Shown here: piece after piece, positions 57,900 through 64,000 of the stretch
How the letters are laid out: each line of letters opens with the position of its first letter
Numbering within the stretch: position 1 is the stretch's first letter
Source of the DNA: an uncultured Oscillospiraceae bacterium
GTDB lineage: Bacteria > Bacillota > Clostridia > Saccharofermentanales > UBA5734
DNA: 64,000 nucleotides
Direction of reading: 5' to 3'
Assembly (NCBI GenBank): GCA_964507305.1
Contig: CAZDPQ010000001.1
Span: forward strand, 16,507-80,506
Position numbers and translations under genes: made by a program
The notes under the pieces: generated by a model
What the model was told of the DNA's origin: nothing
Databases searched by the model: none
Seen by the model: only the letters and a program-made list of their open reading frames with translations

Positions 57900-59408
57900 T
57901 CATCCGTTGATGGTCCAGCCCGTCGTGTCCACATCCATGCTCTCGATATAGCTGTCCGCACCGGCCTGCTGGATCGTGTTCACTTCCGCAAAGAAAGCGT
58001 CGTCTTTCGTTTCACCCTTGACCCAAAGCTCCAGCGCTTTGTCGAGCTCAAGGTTCTTCTCCGCAGTGAACGCGCCGGGCCATGAGGTGTTGAGCGGCTT
58101 CGGAAAGGAGTTGTTGAAATAATCCGTAAGGAGCGGCGGGATGTCGCATCCTTTCACGGCGCCGACGGAGGAACCCTGCTCCAGCACCATCAGGCTCTCA
58201 TTCTCGGGGGTCGTGAGGAACTTGAGAAATTCCACGGCAGCCCGCAGGAGTTCAGGATTCCCGTCAACGGTCGGTTTGAGGATGTTGAGCTGAAGATCCG
58301 GATCCGGCTGGTAGGGTCCCTTTTCCGTATATTCCACAGTCCCGACAAACGGCGTCGTGTCCTTGTCAAGAAGCGGATTCGGGAAAACCCCGTAGGGATA
58401 TTTTTTTGCCTTGTTGTTGTTTTCCGCCTGGATCGCCCAGATCCCTTCCTCTTTCATGCCGAGCGTCCCTTTGTTCCAGGGAGTCATGAAGTCGCTGTTT
58501 TCCCATCCATTCGGCAAGACCTGTGTATAGTAGCGTTTTATCTGGTAGAACAGTTCCCTGGCGTAATCATGAGTGACCGGATTGTACAGGCCTTCCTTGA
58601 CGGCCCGCAGGTTTTCGGTGCTGTCCACAGTCCCGTCTTGGTTGTAGTCCGTCTGGTCCTTGATATAGGCGGCGATGGACGGGCCGAGAATGAACTGCTG
58701 CACCCAGGATGCAAACTGAATTGTTTTGAAGAATCCCCATGGTGCAAGCGGGATATAACCGGCGTTTTTCAACTTCTCCGTGGCGGTGATCAATTCTTCC
58801 CATGTTTTCGGAATTGCCCCGATACCGGATGCAGTAAAAGCATCCTTGTTGTAATAATATCCTGTCGGCGGTCCTGCAAAGAGAATGACAGGGATAGCCA
58901 CCACATGCTTGTTGATGTCCTGGATCGTGCTCCTTGTCCACAGGTAGGATGGGAACAGATCCGCCCATTTCTGGTTGCCGTCCACATAGGTATCGGCTTC
59001 CTGAAGGTATTCGTCAAGCGGCTCATACCAGCCACGATCCTGATAGCGCGTCCCCCATGTGAATGCGATGGCGGGAGCTGTTCCGGCATTGATCTGGGTG
59101 GTGAACCATTCGGCGAGTTCCTTGTCAAGACCGCCGACAGGTTTGCTGCGGGCCCACTTGATTTTGATGTTCGGATGCAGGACCATGAACTCATCCGCGA
59201 TTTTCTGAGTCGAAAGGAACACGGTCGGGCTGTCAGCCGTCGGTTCGGTGTTGATCGTCGGCATCCAGCCGTGCATGTCGATCAGCAGTTCGACCGGCTT
59301 ATCCTCCGCCTGGGAAGACGAGGTCCCGTTTTCCGGCGTACAAGCCGGAAGGATGCCCAGCAGGGCAAATGCAACGAGGACACACAACGCTTTTGTTATC
59401 TGTTTCAT
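57900..59408 (-). CDS. ABC transporter extracellular solute-binding lipoprotein (CUT1-type)
   Basis: ATG 59408 (MKQITKALCVLVAFALLGILPAC lipobox) after AAGGGGGA. About 500-aa SBP-like body at the head of the transporter operon. Confidence 0.85.
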   Translation of the reverse strand: MKQITKALCVLVAFALLGILPACTPENGTSSSQAEDKPVELLIDMHGWMPTINTEPTADSPTVFLSTQKIADEFMVLHPNIKIKWARSKPVGGLDKELAEWFTTQINAGTAPAIAFTWGTRYQDRGWYEPLDEYLQEADTYVDGNQKWADLFPSYLWTRSTIQDINKHVVAIPVILFAGPPTGYYYNKDAFTASGIGAIPKTWEELITATEKLKNAGYIPLAPWGFFKTIQFASWVQQFILGPSIAAYIKDQTDYNQDGTVDSTENLRAVKEGLYNPVTHDYARELFYQIKRYYTQVLPNGWENSDFMTPWNKGTLGMKEEGIWAIQAENNNKAKKYPYGVFPNPLLDKDTTPFVGTVEYTEKGPYQPDPDLQLNILKPTVDGNPELLRAAVEFLKFLTTPENESLMVLEQGSSVGAVKGCDIPPLLTDYFNNSFPKPLNTSWPGAFTAEKNLELDKALELWVKGETKDDAFFAEVNTIQQAGADSYIESMDVDTTGWTING

Positions 59409-59683
59409 GATCGATCCCCCTTGGTTTCTCCGATATCCTGTCTTTTCATCATTATAGTAAATCATCGGACAGGGTGAAAATACAGGGAATTGGTTCAACA
59501 TTTTATTTTTTTGGCTTTCATGTGATTCCATGGCTTCTCCGTGCCGATCCGGCATCCGCTGCTTCTCCCCTTGGGACTTAGCCGATCAGGTCACTTTACA
59601 AAAAACGGAAAACTACTTATTATATAAACACAGGGAAACCATCGTGCCCATTATCGTTATTTCGCCTAAGAAACGGAGGATAT

Positions 59684-60448
59684 ATGGATCTGGCGGTATT
59701 GGATTTCCAATTCATTTTTATCCATCAACCGAATACTGTGGTCACCTCCCACAATCACGACAGTTACGAATTAGTTTATTATTTTGAGGGAAGCGGCAGC
59801 AGTAAGACTCCTGATGGGTCCTTATCATTCGCAAAAAATTCATACTCGATCTATCCGCCGGAAGTTCTGCATGATGAATACCACAAAAACCGGACATCGG
59901 TCTATTGCATCGGATTCCGCCTGCAGCCCATCTGCAATGTTACGCTCCGATGCGGCAATTATCCGGATCCGGACGGCACGGTCCGTGAGATCGTCAACAA
60001 GGTCAAGCAGGAAGCGTTTCAGCACCAGGCCCATTATAAAGAAATGATCAATCTCCAGCTTTCCGAGTTCCTTTATCGGTTCGACCGCGGAAATCTCAAG
60101 GATACCATGAAATACGACGACTTTTATAAAATCAAACAGCACATCAATGAAAATATCGGATCCGAAATCGACATGCAGGAACTGGCGGATCTTTCAGGGT
60201 ACAGCTATCATTATTTCAGACATCTTTTCAAAATGCAGACCGGGCTTTCCCCGAAGCAATACATCATTCAGCAAAGACTTGAGTATTCCAAAATCCTGCT
60301 CGTCAATTCGCCGGAATCCGTCTTGAATATTGCACAGACTTGCGGTTTTTCCTGCAGCTCCCAGTTCGACATCATTTTCAGACGTTACACAGGGAAATCG
60401 CCCGTGCAGTTCCGCAGCGAAAAGCGGCGGGAAACCCTGGAGGTTTGA
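59684..60448 (+). CDS. AraC-family transcriptional regulator (cupin sensor + HTH)
   Basis: C-terminal LADLSGYSYHYFRHLFKMQTGLSPKQYIIQQRLEYSKILL double HTH. GGAGGA RBS. Divergent from the ABC operon. Confidence 0.88.
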   Translation: MDLAVLDFQFIFIHQPNTVVTSHNHDSYELVYYFEGSGSSKTPDGSLSFAKNSYSIYPPEVLHDEYHKNRTSVYCIGFRLQPICNVTLRCGNYPDPDGTVREIVNKVKQEAFQHQAHYKEMINLQLSEFLYRFDRGNLKDTMKYDDFYKIKQHINENIGSEIDMQELADLSGYSYHYFRHLFKMQTGLSPKQYIIQQRLEYSKILLVNSPESVLNIAQTCGFSCSSQFDIIFRRYTGKSPVQFRSEKRRETLEV

Positions 60449-60582
60449 GAACGGTCCGGAGCCATTTCCACAAAAAAGTAAGCCACTCCGCTGTTTCATC
60501 AGATCCGGCATTCGGGTACGCTAAAAAAACATTGGTATCCGGGGTGCAATGCCCCGGATACCGCCGGATCGGAGTCATATCG

Positions 60583-62157
60583 ATGAAAAAATGGTTTTGT
60601 GTAGCAGTTTCCGTACTTTTCCTGCTCACCTCGTGCGGCAGAATCCTAACTCCATTCCCTTCCGATACAAGTGCATCCTCCTTGGTAGAAACTCCGGATT
60701 CCAGGACGGACTCATCCGGCACGCAGGAACCGGCTGTCACCTCCGGGCTTTCTTCCTCTTCCGGAAGAGCATCGGGATCCTTTTCCACTGCATCCGGCTC
60801 CACGGACGCAGGATCGTCATCATCCGCGCCAGGATCCATGCAGGGAGGTTCTTCCCATATCGCATCCTCCGGCGTCAGCATCGAAGCGGATCGCATTCTC
60901 TACCGAGATCGGTATGTACGCAGCGAACGCTATATTGTCTTCTTCCTGACCAATACAAGCATTTCGCAGGCGCGTTCGTTCAATATGGGGAAAGATGCGG
61001 ATACCCGGTATAATTTCATCGAAGAAATCCCCCATATTTTCGGAGAAATCGATCCCGCCGGCCCTTATAAATACGCATTCGGCATCGCGGGCCCGATGCT
61101 TCTGACCCAGTCGGTCGCGGAAATGCAGGACGAGATTCGGCTGGCGTTCAATGCAGCTGAGAAATATAACGTTCCGGTTTATTTTCAATTGGACGACTGT
61201 AATAATTATACGACCCAGTTCGGCAGTGGCGCGTTACCGAAGTTTTATGAAAATCCCGATTGGTGTGAATGGGTTTCTTTTCCGGTGTTTTCTGAAACCT
61301 GGGGCGGCGAAAGCAATGGACGGCTTCCCTATTATTGGTTCAACTGGGGACGGTGGATGCACGCGTCGTCTTTCCCCTGCTTCCAGTCCGAAGGCTTGAG
61401 GAATTTCGTGGTCCGGCAGATGAAAGAAGGGGTTCTGAATCCTCTGAATGAGCGGCTGGACGCGCTGCGCAAAGCCGGTAAAGAATATCTGTTCGCCGGG
61501 ATGGCGATCGGATGGGAAACCCACATTCCGGATTATTCAACGGGAAATACCGTCCTGAATATCAATCCATCCGATCTGCTCGTCAATGTACTGGCGAATG
61601 ACCGGATGCAGCCCTGGGAAGCTGCGCGTTACGGGTATCATTCTCTGTCCATCCTTGATAAAGCATCATATGATCTGGAAACTCTGTATGATGTCATCCA
61701 CGATTATTCGGAACTTCTCGCCCGGACCGCTTATGATTCCGGGATCCCGAAAGAAAAAATCTATTCGCATATGGTTGGCTTCATGTCCGCCAGAACCGAT
61801 CTCCGGACAACATTTGCTCCGCCTGTCCGGGCTGCGGTCAATGCATACTGCACCCCGGGATATACCTTGTCGCCGGTGACCTGTCCCTATAATCTTGATA
61901 CTCTGGTAAATGAGATCCGGAAGGCAGATTCCGATCAGGATGAATTCGCGTGCGCAGAAGGATATGACCGCGGCGTAAACGGGTCATTTGCCCAAGCCGA
62001 CAGCTATTTCGATTCGATGTTCGGCCATGGAGCCGCGCTTGTGACCGTTTTCGGGTGGGGGATCGAAGCGGCGGACTCGCCGTTTGCAGTATCCCACAGT
62101 CCGGACAGCCCGTTTGTACAGGCTGCGGCGAAATGGCTGGAAACACCGGCATCCTGA
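60583..62157 (+). CDS. uncharacterised lipoprotein, paralogue B (with Ser-rich linker)
   Basis: ATG 60583 (MKKWFCVAVSVLFLLTSC lipobox) after GGAG. About 90-aa Ser-rich linker. The remainder is collinear with 48974..50362. Confidence 0.65.
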   Translation: MKKWFCVAVSVLFLLTSCGRILTPFPSDTSASSLVETPDSRTDSSGTQEPAVTSGLSSSSGRASGSFSTASGSTDAGSSSSAPGSMQGGSSHIASSGVSIEADRILYRDRYVRSERYIVFFLTNTSISQARSFNMGKDADTRYNFIEEIPHIFGEIDPAGPYKYAFGIAGPMLLTQSVAEMQDEIRLAFNAAEKYNVPVYFQLDDCNNYTTQFGSGALPKFYENPDWCEWVSFPVFSETWGGESNGRLPYYWFNWGRWMHASSFPCFQSEGLRNFVVRQMKEGVLNPLNERLDALRKAGKEYLFAGMAIGWETHIPDYSTGNTVLNINPSDLLVNVLANDRMQPWEAARYGYHSLSILDKASYDLETLYDVIHDYSELLARTAYDSGIPKEKIYSHMVGFMSARTDLRTTFAPPVRAAVNAYCTPGYTLSPVTCPYNLDTLVNEIRKADSDQDEFACAEGYDRGVNGSFAQADSYFDSMFGHGAALVTVFGWGIEAADSPFAVSHSPDSPFVQAAAKWLETPAS

Positions 62158-62184
62158 TATTTTTCAGGTAAAAACGCCCTCTTT

Positions 62185-62841
62185 TCAGCGGGCTTCATAC
62201 CCGTGCGCCTTGGCGAGCATCATGTCCTTGACCTTCATCAGGCGGGAGGTCGTACTGCGTTCGTTTTCATCGAGCTTCATCGTGATGTACCGGATCGTCT
62301 CCCGGTATTGCGGGATCATGATATGCTCCAACGCGTTGACCCGGCGCCGGGTCTTTTCGATCTCGGCGGACAGGAGCTGGCAGGACTTTTCGACTTCGGC
62401 CAGGCGGAGCATTTTCGGAAAAACATCCGCCAGCGACCGGACCGCGTCGTCCAGGTCGGCCGACGTGAACGCATAGCCATACGAATAGATGTCGTTCGGG
62501 TCGCTGGTCCTGAAAACGGCCTTGAATACCGGGATCATCACGCTCATGACATTCTGCCGTTCCATTTCGAGCTGCAGCTCCTGCCTGGGCAGAAGCAGCG
62601 CGGTGTCCAGCACCGCGTCCGGATCCATGCCGCGCGCGAGGGCCATGTTGCGGCCGGAGCGGCGGATCGCATCTTCGACTTCCACTCGCAGAGCCTTGTT
62701 TTCGCGGACCAGTTCGAGGAAACGGCGCATCAGCTCGTCCCGCTTGTCCTTCAGCAGTTTGTGGCCGTGCAGGGCGGTGACGAGCTTCCGCTTGAGGTTG
62801 GTCAGCTCCATTCTGGTTGGATTGACATTCAACGTTGCCAT
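62185..62841 (-). CDS. ntpD: V-type ATP synthase subunit D
   Basis: MATLNVNPTRMELTNLKRKL...LLKDKRDEL is the canonical V/A-ATPase D N-terminus. Confidence 0.9.
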   Translation of the reverse strand: MATLNVNPTRMELTNLKRKLVTALHGHKLLKDKRDELMRRFLELVRENKALRVEVEDAIRRSGRNMALARGMDPDAVLDTALLLPRQELQLEMERQNVMSVMIPVFKAVFRTSDPNDIYSYGYAFTSADLDDAVRSLADVFPKMLRLAEVEKSCQLLSAEIEKTRRRVNALEHIMIPQYRETIRYITMKLDENERSTTSRLMKVKDMMLAKAHGYEAR

Positions 62842-62905
62842 GATACGCTCCCCCGATGATCCGTGTCTGCGTGTTCAGGCCGGTGCGCGTCCCGGCCGCG
62901 GCCGG

Positions 62906-64000
62906 TCAGGCGTTGCCTGCGGACGGCTGCTTCGCTTCTTCCTGATCGTAATACAGATCGAGCCATTCGTCGCTGATGCGCTTAAGCTCGGCGCGTGGCA
63001 GGATCCGCAGCAGCTTCCAGCCGATGTCCAGGGTCTCTTCGATGCTCCGGTTCGACTGATAGCCCTGGGAGACATACTGCCGCTCGAATTCATCCGAAAA
63101 CTTCGCGTAAATGCGATCCACTTCGGTCAGGGCGGATTCGCCGAGGATGACCATCAGTTCCTTGCTCTGCTTGCCGCGCGCGTAAGCCGAGAAAAGCTGG
63201 TTCATCGTATTCGAGTGGTCGGCGCGGGTCTTCCCTTCGCCGATCCCCTTGTCCTTGAGCCTCGAAAGAGACGGCAGGACATCGATCGGCGGCGTGATCC
63301 CCTTGCGGTACAGCTCTCGGCTCAGGATGATCTGGCCCTCCGTGATGTAGCCGGTCAGGTCCGGAATCGGGTGCGTCTTGTCGTCCTCCGGCATCGACAG
63401 GATCGGGATCATCGTGATGCTGCCCGCCTTGCCCTTCTGGCGGCCCGCCCGCTCGTAGATCGTTGCGAGGTCGGTGTACATGTACCCCGGATAGCCGCGA
63501 CGGCCCGGCACTTCCTTGCGGGCCGCGGACACTTCGCGCAGCGCGTCCGCGTAGTTCGTGATGTCCGTCAGGATGACCAGCACGTGCATCCCCTCGGAAA
63601 AGGCCAGGTATTCCGCGGCGGTCAGCGCCATTTTCGGTGTGGTCAGGCGCTCGATCGCCGGATCGTTCGCGAGGTTGATGAAAAGCACCGTCCGCTCGAT
63701 CGCGCCGGTCGCGCGGAAGCTTTCGATGAAAAAGCTTGACTCCTCAAAGGTGATGCCCATCGCGGCGAACACCACCGCAAACGGCTCGCTCGTCCCGCGC
63801 ACCTTCGCCTGCCGGGCGATCTGCGCGGCCAGGTGCGCGTGCGGCAGCCCGCTGGCGGAGAAGATCGGAAGCTTCTGGCCGCGCACGAGCGTGTTGAGGC
63901 CGTCGATCGCGGAGACTCCGGTCTGGATGAACTCCTTCGGGTAATTGCGGGCGACCGGATTGATCGGAAGGCCGTTCACATCCATCCGCTTCTCCGGGAT
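62906..64000 (-). CDS. ntpB: V-type ATP synthase subunit B (N-terminus beyond the right edge)
   Basis: [43 protein letters not shown] and [20 protein letters not shown]. The frame is still open at base 64000 ([10 protein letters not shown]). Confidence 0.92.
   Translation of the reverse strand: MPEKRMDVNGLPINPVARNYPKEFIQTGVSAIDGLNTLVRGQKLPIFSASGLPHAHLAAQIARQAKVRGTSEPFAVVFAAMGITFEESSFFIESFRATGAIERTVLFINLANDPAIERLTTPKMALTAAEYLAFSEGMHVLVILTDITNYADALREVSAARKEVPGRRGYPGYMYTDLATIYERAGRQKGKAGSITMIPILSMPEDDKTHPIPDLTGYITEGQIILSRELYRKGITPPIDVLPSLSRLKDKGIGEGKTRADHSNTMNQLFSAYARGKQSKELMVILGESALTEVDRIYAKFSDEFERQYVSQGYQSNRSIEETLDIGWKLLRILPRAELKRISDEWLDLYYDQEEAKQPSAGNA

Overview
This is a high-GC Firmicutes/Clostridia-type chromosomal segment. 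The class call rests on a ctsR-mcsA-mcsB-clpC operon, a T-box leader, tmcAL, PhoP-type boxes and a V-type ATPase. Almost every gene lies on the minus strand.

Gene order from left to right:
- malQ (partial), an ABC exporter pair, a methyltransferase, queT, manA, glcK, proS, ackA, pta.
- tmcAL, a URO-D-family gene and a pseudouridine synthase.
- A small lower-GC patch: a lipoprotein gene plus a 386-bp, roughly 20-30% GC intergenic island.
- ctsR-mcsA-mcsB-clpC.
- A MurNAc recycling cluster (murQ-murK-murR plus an unknown 723-aa protein).
- A low-GC PIN/AbrB toxin-antitoxin cassette beside tRNA-Gln, bracketed by a perfect 35-bp duplication of the tRNA terminator.
- A DUF3842-like gene.
- A complete Pho regulon block (pstSCAB-phoU-phoPR) with PhoP boxes.
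- smr, a small HPr-like ORF and an Fe-S aldo/keto reductase.
- A T-box(Trp)-controlled trpEGDCFBA array running directly into lipB-lipA.
- A lower-GC glycan-utilisation island of about 13 kb.
- V-ATPase D and B subunit genes (ntpD, and ntpB partial).

Findings most worth a second look:
1. Two in-frame TAG codons lie 6 nt apart inside the catalytic EIKKASPS motif of an otherwise intact trpC.
2. The glycan island is built around two paralogous unassignable lipoproteins, two paralogous tail-anchored jelly-roll-like proteins, a large GH-like protein, an IUNH-type N-ribohydrolase and an Ig-like protein embedded in a CUT1-type ABC operon.
3. The toxin-antitoxin cassette is flanked by the duplicated terminator.
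4. The extremely AT-rich island lies downstream of clpC.

No CRISPR array, rRNA gene, transposase or integrase was seen. All family assignments come from motif recognition by eye, and no database search was run.
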